From Polyangiaceae bacterium (GTDB lineage Bacteria; Myxococcota_A; Polyangia; Polyangiales; Polyangiaceae), in NCBI GenBank assembly GCA_044376115.1, contig JBILLK010000029.1, forward strand, positions 74,795 to 138,794: a stretch of 64,000 nucleotides of DNA, in the 5' to 3' direction. This document shows positions 51,846 through 59,121 of the stretch, piece after piece. The position numbers were made by a program, and so were the translations under genes. Under the pieces are notes generated by a model. The model was not told where the DNA came from. It saw only the letters and a program-made list of their open reading frames with translations, and made no database searches. Positions within the stretch are counted from its first letter, which is position 1; every line of letters starts with the position of its first letter.

Positions 51846-52558
51846 TTTATGCCCTTCTTCAAACCATTGAGGTGAACCGACATCAACTGATCGACGAGCG
51901 CCACCGGATCCGCGATCGCGCGTTGCGCCCACGAGATCAGCGCGAAGTAGTGGAAGGAAAGGAACGTCAACGCGACGAGCGGCGCCGCCACGTCGCTGGG
52001 TAGCTCCTTGCGCGCGATGGCCTGCACCACGAGCTCACTCAGGCGCGCATGCGCGAAGCCAGCCTGCAGCACGAAGCGGCCACGCCACGGCTCTTCACAA
52101 AGCAGCGACGCCTGCAGCAGTATGGCCGAGAGCCGCTCGTTCGCGCGGTAATAGGCGAATACGCAACTCGCCACGTGACGCAGCTGGGCCGCGAGCGGCT
52201 TCTTCGGCACCGTCTCAAACGCCTCGTTCAGGACGACCTCGAGGTCCGTGTGCAGCATCGCCTGCACGAGCCCGAGCTTGTCCCCGAAGTGCAGCGCCAC
52301 TGTGCCCGTCGCCACACCCGCGAGCCGCGCAATCTCCCGCAGACTCGCCTGCTCAAAGCCGCGCTGGGTGAGCTCCTCGCGCGCGACCAGCAGGATGGCC
52401 GCACGCGTTTCGTCCTTCGCCGCCTGGCGCAGCCCCTTGGACGAGGGCGCTCTCGGCGGCACTGGAAACGATGCCGCTGGCGACGATGCCGCTGGCGAAG
52501 ACTTGCGCGTCTTCACCGGCGGGAGCTTTGGGCGCTTTGGCTTACTGGGAGCTTTCAT
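51842..52558 (-). CDS. TetR/AcrR family transcriptional regulator
   Basis: TRAAIL..A..GFEQASLREIARLAGVATGTVALHF. Confidence 0.9.
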   Translation of the reverse strand: MKAPSKPKRPKLPPVKTRKSSPAASSPAASFPVPPRAPSSKGLRQAAKDETRAAILLVAREELTQRGFEQASLREIARLAGVATGTVALHFGDKLGLVQAMLHTDLEVVLNEAFETVPKKPLAAQLRHVASCVFAYYRANERLSAILLQASLLCEEPWRGRFVLQAGFAHARLSELVVQAIARKELPSDVAAPLVALTFLSFHYFALISWAQRAIADPVALVDQLMSVHLNGLKKGIK

Positions 52559-52583
52559 GAACACGTTCAGTGAACGCGTTCAT
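52557..52583. promoter_or_regulatory. Putative TetR operator (tandem TGAAC-N2-GTTCA palindromes)
   Basis: ATGAACACGTTCA-G-TGAACGCGTTCAT overlapping the TetR start codon. Confidence 0.7.
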
Positions 52584-52643
52584 TGTGTAGAGCGACACTC
52601 AATTCGAGTCAAGCCCGCACGCAAAGCGCTACCTTCGATCGCG

Positions 52644-53114
52644 ATGTCGGACACAAAGCGGCGAATCACAGCGGGAGACTTCAGCGACGCCCGCGTCCTC
52701 GGGCTGCTCCGCGAGCACCTCGAGGGTATGCACGCCAATTCTCCTGCAGCCTCGGTCTACGCGCTCGATCTCAGCGGCCTGCAGGCTCCTGAGATCGCCT
52801 TCTTCTGCGTCTGGGAGAATGCGCAGCTGCTCGGCTGCGGCGCGCTCAAACAGCTTGACGCCGCGAACGGCGAACTCAAGTCGATGCGCACCGCGAGCGC
52901 GCACCTGCGCAAAGGCGTCGGCGCCATCATGCTCGAACACCTACTCGAGCTCGCGCGCTCCCGTAGCTATCGCAGGGTCTCGCTCGAGACCGGCTCCGGC
53001 CCGGCGTTCGAGCCAGCGCTAGCGCTCTATCGCCGTTACGGCTTCGTGAACGGCCCGGCTTTTGGCAACTACGTCGCGAGCGAGTTCAACCAGTTTTTGC
53101 ACCTCGAGCTGTGA
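52644..53114 (+). CDS. GNAT acetyltransferase (YsnE/YedL-like)
   Basis: SVYALDL, GCGALK, GELKSMRT, RKGVG, SLETG, ALALYRRYGF. Confidence 0.9.
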   Translation: MSDTKRRITAGDFSDARVLGLLREHLEGMHANSPAASVYALDLSGLQAPEIAFFCVWENAQLLGCGALKQLDAANGELKSMRTASAHLRKGVGAIMLEHLLELARSRSYRRVSLETGSGPAFEPALALYRRYGFVNGPAFGNYVASEFNQFLHLEL

Positions 53115-53213
53115 GCCGCTGAGTCAATCGTCAGCGCCGCGAGGTCCGTGGGAGACTCGAAGGGCGGACAACCGCAAGGTCCGGCGACCCGCGCCTTGTA
53201 AACAAGAGAGCAA

Positions 53214-53312
53214 AGCATTCGGAATGCTCGCGGAAGATTGCTGAGCATGGGTTTGAGCATTCCGAATGCTCGAAGGCACCCTCGGTCATGGGTTTGAGCA
53301 TTCGGAATGCTC
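53214..53312. repeat. Three palindromic (G)AGCATTCNGAATGCT(C) units at 41-42 bp spacing
   Basis: Units at 53214, 53255, 53296; copies 2 and 3 share the extended 26-mer CATGGGTTTGAGCATTCNGAATGCTC. Confidence 0.85.
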
Positions 53313-53743
53313 CAGCTCTCTTCTTTATGCGGACAAGGCAGGACGGTTGCGCACGGACCAATTCCAGACAGCATCGAGGCACAGTCCCCGGACAACGTGG
53401 CGAGGATCGTGCCCAGTGCATCATCAGGCTGGTGATCATCGCGTGTTCTGCAACAACTCCGTCTTTGACCCGGAAGGGCGTCCCGACCAGTGGATCGAGG
53501 CGCCGATCCCCCGCGACGAGTAGCCATCCTCTCGGCTCGTTGGGCTTTTGCAGTCGTCTGCTGAGCGACAGTTACATCTCCCCATCGTGTTGCCTCACGT
53601 GCCGACGCAACCAGGTCTTCACCAAGTTCGCACCCACCTTCACAGTGCTCTCGAGACGGTTGCACTAGTGAACACGAGTCTCCGAGCGGCGGCCCGACGA
53701 CATTGCCCGGTGTCACCGCCGGTCTACCCCGGCTAGGCTGAGG

Positions 53744-55819
53744 CTACTCCGGGTTGCACGGCCCTTCGCAGTGGTGGACGACCCGGCCGGTGAGGAGGAA
53801 CTCGGTCAGAATCTGCTGGACGGCGGGGCCGTCGGCGATCGAGCCGTGGGCGCCGTTGTCGTCTTCGGGCGCGAGGTTCTGCAGCGGAGGCAGCGGATCG
53901 TTGTTCCCGGTGTCGACCTGGAGGAGCGCCGAGCCCTCGATGTCGCCTACGACGTCGGGCACGCCGACGACGGGGTAGAGGCCGGGCGCGCGCATCGGGA
54001 TCTCGTAGGTGCGCGCCATCATCTCGGTGGAGATGTTGGTGACCTGGCTGTCGTTCCACGCCTCAACGAGCAGGATGCGCTTCGTCGGGTTGCCGGGGAA
54101 CGGATCTTTGGAGATGTGATCGGCGTAGGTCGCAGGCTCGGCGACGTCGTATTGCGACTGGAACATCGCGAAGAGGAGCTCGCGCTCGACGGGGTCCGGT
54201 TGGAAAATGCTCCACACGGTCTCGATGCCGGGCCACGAGGTGTTGCGCCACACCATGAGCGAGTAGACGCCGCCCCCGACGACGAGCCCGCCGCGGGTGA
54301 AGTACGGCGAGACGCCCATCACGGTGCCACCCAAGATCCCGCCTTGCGAGCCGCCCATGTACTCGACGCGCGTCGTGTCGATCAGGCTCATGCCGTCCTT
54401 CTGCAGCTCGGGGGCGCTCGCGAGGTCGCCCTTGACGAGGTAGGCGAGGGTCGTGAAGTTGAAGGCCGCCTGGATCAGGCGCTCCGGCACCGTGTGGGCG
54501 CCCTGGAGGTTCTTGGGAAAGACCGTGCCGCCGAGGACGTCGAGGTCCTGGTAGCTCATGCCCCAAAAATCGATGCCGATGCCGATGAAGTCCTGCGCGG
54601 TGCGGGCGACGTAGAACGCCTCTTCGCCGCCGCCGAGCAGGCCATGACCCCAGAGGTAGACCGGCGCCGGTACGCCTGCGTCCCAGACCTTGCGAGGCAC
54701 GGCGATGTAGAGGTCGGCGTCGGCGAGGCCCTGGTACTCGGGGTCACCGTTCGCGTCGCGCGCGATGAACGCGCCCGGGCCGCTGTCGCCGGTGAGGTAC
54801 GTAGGCACCTTGAAGGTCCCGCGGATGGTGAGCTTCAGGTCGGGGAGGTCCGGCGGATCCACCACGACCTCGGTGAGCTCGAAGCCGAGGTCCCCGGCCT
54901 CGGCGCGGGGCTTCAGGTCGGGGGCGATCACCCGCGCGTCGCGCGTGAGCACGGCGTTCGACGCGGTCGTCAGCTCCCACGCGAGCTGGAGGTTCTCCCG
55001 CGGGACGCCGGCCTGCTCGAGGTCGGCGAAGATCTCCTCGTAGCGCGGGCGGAGCGCCTCGATCGCCGGGACGTCGGTCGTGAGGCCGTCGCGGAGCGCC
55101 TTGAACACCGGCGTCGGCTCGAGGAGCGCGCCGCTCGGGTCGCGCAGGTCGCGCACGCCGACGACGTAGCGCTCGCCGAAGGCCATGCGCTTCATCGGGC
55201 GGACGAAGACGGACTGTCGATCGGGCGAGGGCGCCCGGGCGTCGACCTCGGCGAAGTGGAGCCAGCGCTCGCCGGTCTCCGCGCGGACGAGCACCGTCGG
55301 GCTGTCCTCGGCCAGCGAGCGCTCGAGGTCGTCGATCGGGGCGAGGTTCGCCGGGTCGACGCCGGCGGGGAAGAGGAAGCGGATCTGCGCGTTCGGTGAG
55401 AAGCCGTCGAACTTCTCGTACTCGGCCGCGGGGAAGGGGTCGCCGGAGGTGTTGAGCGGCAGGACCGAGGGGTCGTAGGCGAGCCGGCGGCCCGTCGCGG
55501 TGTCGGCGTCGGCGGTGAAGACGTCGGAGGGCCACGGCAGGACACACTCGGCGGCGCGGGAGCCATCGTGCGAAAAGCTCGGGTGCGCGATGGGCGTGAG
55601 CGGGTTGCAGCCGCGCTCGAGATCGGCGCGCGCGACCTCGACGCAGGCCCCGTCGATGCACGCTTGGGAGTCCGAGCATGCGCAGGCCGGGGGAGCGCCC
55701 CCGCCGCCAGCGCCGCCTTGGCCTCCCGACGCGGTGTCGTCGGAGCAGCCGAGCGCCGCGAAGGTCGTGAGTGCGAGGGCGAGGCCGAGCTGGGTCGCGA
55801 AGGAGCGGGCAAACTGCAT
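53744..55819 (-). CDS. Large lipoprotein with C-terminal alpha/beta-hydrolase (lipase-like) domain
   Basis: Lipobox ALGC; LPWPSD, DGFSP, WGHGLLG, YMGGSQGG, NDSQV, GAH. Confidence 0.75.
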   Translation of the reverse strand: MQFARSFATQLGLALALTTFAALGCSDDTASGGQGGAGGGGAPPACACSDSQACIDGACVEVARADLERGCNPLTPIAHPSFSHDGSRAAECVLPWPSDVFTADADTATGRRLAYDPSVLPLNTSGDPFPAAEYEKFDGFSPNAQIRFLFPAGVDPANLAPIDDLERSLAEDSPTVLVRAETGERWLHFAEVDARAPSPDRQSVFVRPMKRMAFGERYVVGVRDLRDPSGALLEPTPVFKALRDGLTTDVPAIEALRPRYEEIFADLEQAGVPRENLQLAWELTTASNAVLTRDARVIAPDLKPRAEAGDLGFELTEVVVDPPDLPDLKLTIRGTFKVPTYLTGDSGPGAFIARDANGDPEYQGLADADLYIAVPRKVWDAGVPAPVYLWGHGLLGGGEEAFYVARTAQDFIGIGIDFWGMSYQDLDVLGGTVFPKNLQGAHTVPERLIQAAFNFTTLAYLVKGDLASAPELQKDGMSLIDTTRVEYMGGSQGGILGGTVMGVSPYFTRGGLVVGGGVYSLMVWRNTSWPGIETVWSIFQPDPVERELLFAMFQSQYDVAEPATYADHISKDPFPGNPTKRILLVEAWNDSQVTNISTEMMARTYEIPMRAPGLYPVVGVPDVVGDIEGSALLQVDTGNNDPLPPLQNLAPEDDNGAHGSIADGPAVQQILTEFLLTGRVVHHCEGPCNPE

Positions 55820-55827
55820 TGGTAGAT

Positions 55828-55872
55828 CCTGCCCTATTGAGGGCCGTTGAGGTTGAATCTCATTAGGGCAGG
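55828..55872. promoter_or_regulatory. 14-bp inverted repeat with internal TTGAGG direct repeats
   Basis: CCTGCCCTATTGAG..CTCATTAGGGCAGG (1 mismatch), 8 nt upstream of ATG 55819. Confidence 0.45.
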
Positions 55873-56008
55873 CGGGTGGGCGTGAGCGCCGCTCGAGGGA
55901 AGCCGAGTCAGGTCGAAGGAGAGAACATGTGGGCCAGCTTCGCAAGCGGCGACGAGCGTAGCCCAAGCCACGAGCCCGAGGGGCGGCTGACCGAGCCATC
56001 GGCCCGCC

Positions 56009-56299
56009 TCAGCGCGCGACGCGGAGAGCCTCGAGCGAGCGCGCTTGCGGCAAGACGCCAGCGAAGGTGATCCCAGGTCGCCCCGACGCCGTCCCTGCGG
56101 TCCGGACGCGGGCGTCCTCGTACGAACCGAAGGCCCCATCGAACTCGCCCGAGTCCTCGGCGGAAAAGGAGCGTCCCGCCGAGACCATCGAAGCGTCGCG
56201 CCCTTGGAGCGGAGCGGCGCACCCGGTCCCGATGGCGCCGGATACGATGAGGATCGCGAGGCACGCGATGCGACGAACGACAGTTTTCGACGGGTTCAT
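56009..56299 (-). CDS. Small hypothetical lipoprotein
   Basis: GAGGTG RBS, signal ending GTGC, upstream sigma54 promoter. Confidence 0.65.
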   Translation of the reverse strand: MNPSKTVVRRIACLAILIVSGAIGTGCAAPLQGRDASMVSAGRSFSAEDSGEFDGAFGSYEDARVRTAGTASGRPGITFAGVLPQARSLEALRVAR

Positions 56300-56355
56300 G
56301 GTCTCACCTCGTTTTGGGGGCGAGCCCTCCGCTGGGCGCCCACGCTTACCCCGTG

Positions 56356-56370
56356 GCAGAGACCGTGCCA
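56356..56370 (-). promoter_or_regulatory. sigma54 promoter
   Basis: TGGCACGGTCTCTGC. Confidence 0.7.
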
Positions 56371-56450
56371 GCGGCTCGTCTCAGGGGCTCAGCACAGAGT
56401 TCCCTTTAAACGCCGGCGCTTTACTCGAGTGCGAGGCGTGAGGCGGTGCG

Positions 56451-56494
56451 GGTGGATCCTGAGGGATCCCAATTGTGTCGGGCAGCCCCCACGA
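56451..56494. promoter_or_regulatory. Putative EBP enhancer block (copy 1)
   Basis: 31/44 ungapped identity to 58606-58649 (counted by hand); GGAT-N8-ATCC palindrome. Confidence 0.6.
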
Positions 56495-56589
56495 CCACTC
56501 CGGCTCTCGACAGGGCAAGTCGCTCGCCGGATCAACAGGCTTGCTGAAAAGTCTCCGCCCTCCGTTCTGGACCCATGATGCCCGCCCTT

Positions 56590-56685
56590 TCACCCTCCCC
56601 CTCGCAGGTGAGAGGGAGGATGCTCGTTCGCAGCTGAGTTGCGGCTGATTCTCGATGGCCCCCCCCTCGCGCAGCGAAGGGGAGC
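56590..56685. repeat. REP-like GC-rich hairpins
   Basis: CCCTCCCCCTCGCAGGTGAGAGGGAGG and CCCCCCTCGCGCAGCGAAGGGGAG. Confidence 0.35.
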
Positions 56686-56799
56686 CAGTGCGTGAAAGAG
56701 CGGCACTCACGTCATCGAGCACAACGCCAATGCCATGCCGACTGTCGGGAGGCTTGGGCTTCTCTCTCCGCGGCCAACGGTCTGATAGACTTCGCGGCG

Positions 56800-58137
56800 A
56801 TGGCTCAAGAATTCACGCTCCCTCAGCATGCGCTGGTGGCGCCGCTGCAATCGATCCGGGTCGACGTCCTCGACGGCCCCGACGCGGGGCGCACCCTCGT
56901 CGCGGAGAAGGAGACTTTCGCCATCGGCAGCGCCGAGGGCAACGACCTCGTGCTCGCCGATCCCGCCGTCTCACGCTATCATGTCGAGCTTCGGCCCGGA
57001 GAGAAAGGCGGGGCGCTCGTCGTGGACCACGGCTCGACCAATGGCACCTTCGTCGGGCCAATCCGGATCGAGCGCGCCTTCGTCCCCAGCGGGACCCCGC
57101 TCAAGCTCGGCTCCAGCACGATCCGGATCGTCGACGCCGAGACTATCGCGCTGGAGCTCTTCCACGGCGAGGCGCTCGGCGGTCTCCGGGGTCGAAACCC
57201 CGCCATGCGGCGGCTGATGGCGCAGCTCGCGAGGCTCGCGGTGACGCCCGCCGCGGTCTTGATCATCGGCGAGTCCGGCACCGGAAAAGAGCTCATGGCG
57301 CGGGCGCTCCACGACGGAAGCCCCCGCGCAGAGGGCCCATTCGTCACCGTCGACTGCGGCTCGCTGTCCCCGACGCTGGTCGCGAGCGAGCTCTTCGGCC
57401 ATGAGCGCGGCGCCTTCACCGGAGCCGAGCGCCCGCATGCGGGCGCCTTCGAGCGCGCCCATGGGGGGACGATCTTCCTCGACGAGATTGGGGAGCTGCC
57501 CGTCCACCTCCAGCCGACGCTGCTCGGCGTCCTCGAGCGCAAGCGCTTCCGCAGGCTCGGAGGACGAGTCGACGTCCCAGTCGACGTACGCGTGGTCGCG
57601 GCGACGCATCGAGACCTTCGCTCCGAGGTCAACGCCGGGACCTTCCGGCTCGACCTCTACTATCGGCTCGCCGTCGCGCGGCTCCAGGCCCCGCCGCTAC
57701 GCGAGCGACCGGACGACATCCCGATGCTCGTCGAACACCTCGCCCGAGAATGCGGACACGCAGGTCCTATCGGCGCCCTCTTCCCGGCTGGAGCGCTCGA
57801 CGCGCTTTCGTCTCACCATTGGCCCGGTAACGTCCGCGAGCTTCGCAACGTGGTCGAGGCGGCCGTCGCGACCGGAGAGGCGCCTCAGCTCGACCTCATC
57901 GAGCTCGGCGGACAAGCCAAAGAGGGATCCGTGACCGACCCTTTCGAGGCCGTGCTCCATCTCGCGTACAAAGAGGCCCGGACGATCCTGCTAACCGCAT
58001 TCGAACGTCGCTATCTTGGGCACGCTCTGCGCAAAGCGGAGGGGAACGTCTCGAAGGCGGCCCGGGAGGCTCGCGTGGACCGCTCGCACTTCATCGATCT
58101 CCTGAAGCGACATGAGATCCGCAGCGACGAGTTCTGA
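56800..58137 (+). CDS. FHA-domain sigma54 enhancer-binding protein
   Basis: FHA (IGS..DPAVSRYH..DHGSTNGT), GESGTGKE, ELFGHERGAFTGA, FRLDLYYRL, WPGNVREL, HTH. Confidence 0.95.
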   Translation: MAQEFTLPQHALVAPLQSIRVDVLDGPDAGRTLVAEKETFAIGSAEGNDLVLADPAVSRYHVELRPGEKGGALVVDHGSTNGTFVGPIRIERAFVPSGTPLKLGSSTIRIVDAETIALELFHGEALGGLRGRNPAMRRLMAQLARLAVTPAAVLIIGESGTGKELMARALHDGSPRAEGPFVTVDCGSLSPTLVASELFGHERGAFTGAERPHAGAFERAHGGTIFLDEIGELPVHLQPTLLGVLERKRFRRLGGRVDVPVDVRVVAATHRDLRSEVNAGTFRLDLYYRLAVARLQAPPLRERPDDIPMLVEHLARECGHAGPIGALFPAGALDALSSHHWPGNVRELRNVVEAAVATGEAPQLDLIELGGQAKEGSVTDPFEAVLHLAYKEARTILLTAFERRYLGHALRKAEGNVSKAAREARVDRSHFIDLLKRHEIRSDEF

Positions 58138-58181
58138 GCCTCGCTCCTCGCTCTGGCTCGTCCCGTACCGTCGCCTCGCGC

Positions 58182-58466
58182 TCACTCGAAGACCGGCACG
58201 ATGATGCGGCCCTTCTTCACGAGCTTCTCGCGCAAGATGGTCGTCGAGGTGACCTTCTTGGACGAGCTCGGGGCGCGCTCGCGCGTGTCCGTCCAAGCGA
58301 CCTCGTATTGGCCCTGCATCATGCGAGCTTGGAGCTCCTCCTCGGTGTAGAGGGGCAGGTCGTCTTCGAGGCTCGAGGCGTCGGCGACCTCGGCTTGGCT
58401 GGCCGAGCAGCCCATGCCGACCAGCATCATCATCGCGCCCATCATCCCGATCGTCGTCTTGGTCAT
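58182..58466 (-). CDS. Small hypothetical lipoprotein
   Basis: GGAG RBS, signal ending GMGC, acidic stretch, upstream sigma54 promoter. Confidence 0.7.
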   Translation of the reverse strand: MTKTTIGMMGAMMMLVGMGCSASQAEVADASSLEDDLPLYTEEELQARMMQGQYEVAWTDTRERAPSSSKKVTSTTILREKLVKKGRIIVPVFE

Positions 58467-58519
58467 GGTCGTCTCTCCGGCTCGTCGAGGCGTCGATTCG
58501 CCTCGCGCTACCGTCTCTA

Positions 58520-58534
58520 GCAGGGACCTTGCCA
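58520..58534 (-). promoter_or_regulatory. sigma54 promoter
   Basis: TGGCAAGGTCCCTGC. Confidence 0.65.
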
Positions 58535-58605
58535 ACCCCTCAGGCATCCTCGGATCTCGCGCATGCACCGAGAAATACCTCTGTTCGAGCCGACGCCACC
58601 AGCTC

Positions 58606-58649
58606 GGTGGATCACAAACAATCCAAATCGTGTAGTCGAGCCCCTACGA
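58606..58649. promoter_or_regulatory. Putative EBP enhancer block (copy 2)
   Basis: GGAT-N8-ATCC and GTAG-N8-CTAC palindromes; matches 56451-56494. Confidence 0.6.
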
Positions 58650-58829
58650 GTCCGAGAGGTCATCGAGGACCGCTTCGGTGGCGCGGGCGGAGATCTCCTT
58701 CCCTTGCCTCACCCGCTCGGCAGGGACCACCAGCTTGCTCTGCCAGGCCGAAACCACCAGGGCCTGAACAGCGGAGCCGGATGATGGTCGCGGTGACGGT
58801 GGGGCGCGAGGCGGCTCTGCATGTCGTGC

Positions 58830-58922
58830 GTAGCCGGCCTGGCCGTGGGCCTCCTCGATGTCGGGGTGGGTGACGGAGCCGTAGAGCTTGTCGCCCTCGC
58901 CGACCTGGCGCGAGACGGGCAG
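58830..58922 (-). pseudogene. rplI: Isolated fragment resembling ribosomal protein L9 C-terminal domain
   Basis: RQVGEGDKLYGSVTHPDIEEA matches the L9 GxxxKL(F/Y)GSVTxxDI motif; no L9 N-terminus or C-terminus around it. Confidence 0.6.
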
Positions 58923-59029
58923 GCGAACCAGGTGACCCGGCCCTCCAGAGGGCTCGAACGCGAGGAGGAGAGCGGCATCGAACCTTGGACATAGCTCACG
59001 AACTGAGGACGGTTGCTGTGAACACTGCG

Positions 59030-59049
59030 AATTCACGCGCAATTCACGC
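59030..59049. promoter_or_regulatory. Tandem AATTCACGC direct repeat (11-bp period), OmpR-type binding site candidate
   Basis: AATTCACGC at 59030 and 59041, about 70 nt upstream of the CocE-family ATG. Confidence 0.5.
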
Positions 59050-59121
59050 CGCATCGACGCTCGGTCGACGCATCGTCGCGCATATCTCCTGCGTCGCCAT
59101 CTCGCGACCTTTGGAGACGCC

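Noticed and set aside
52555..52571. LexA box (GTTCAG)
   Set aside because: Left half does not fit; better explained as a TetR operator
53214..53312. CRISPR mini-array
   Set aside because: Period 41-42 bp, spacers too short, only 2-3 units, no cas genes or leader
53069..53716. 215-aa minus-strand ORF across the palindrome array
   Set aside because: No recognisable motif, atypical composition, overlaps the GNAT 3' end
53771..55399. Long antisense or alternate-frame ORFs (e.g. 542 aa at 53771+, 391 aa at 60028-, 369 aa at 29746+)
   Set aside because: Shadow ORFs of high-GC genes with clear motifs on the other strand
53541..56552. IS terminal-repeat-like strings (GGGCTTTTGCAGTCGTCTGCT at ~53542; ACAGGCTTGCTGAAAAGTC at ~56535)
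   Set aside because: Only loosely similar, facing away from each other, with no transposase or target duplication
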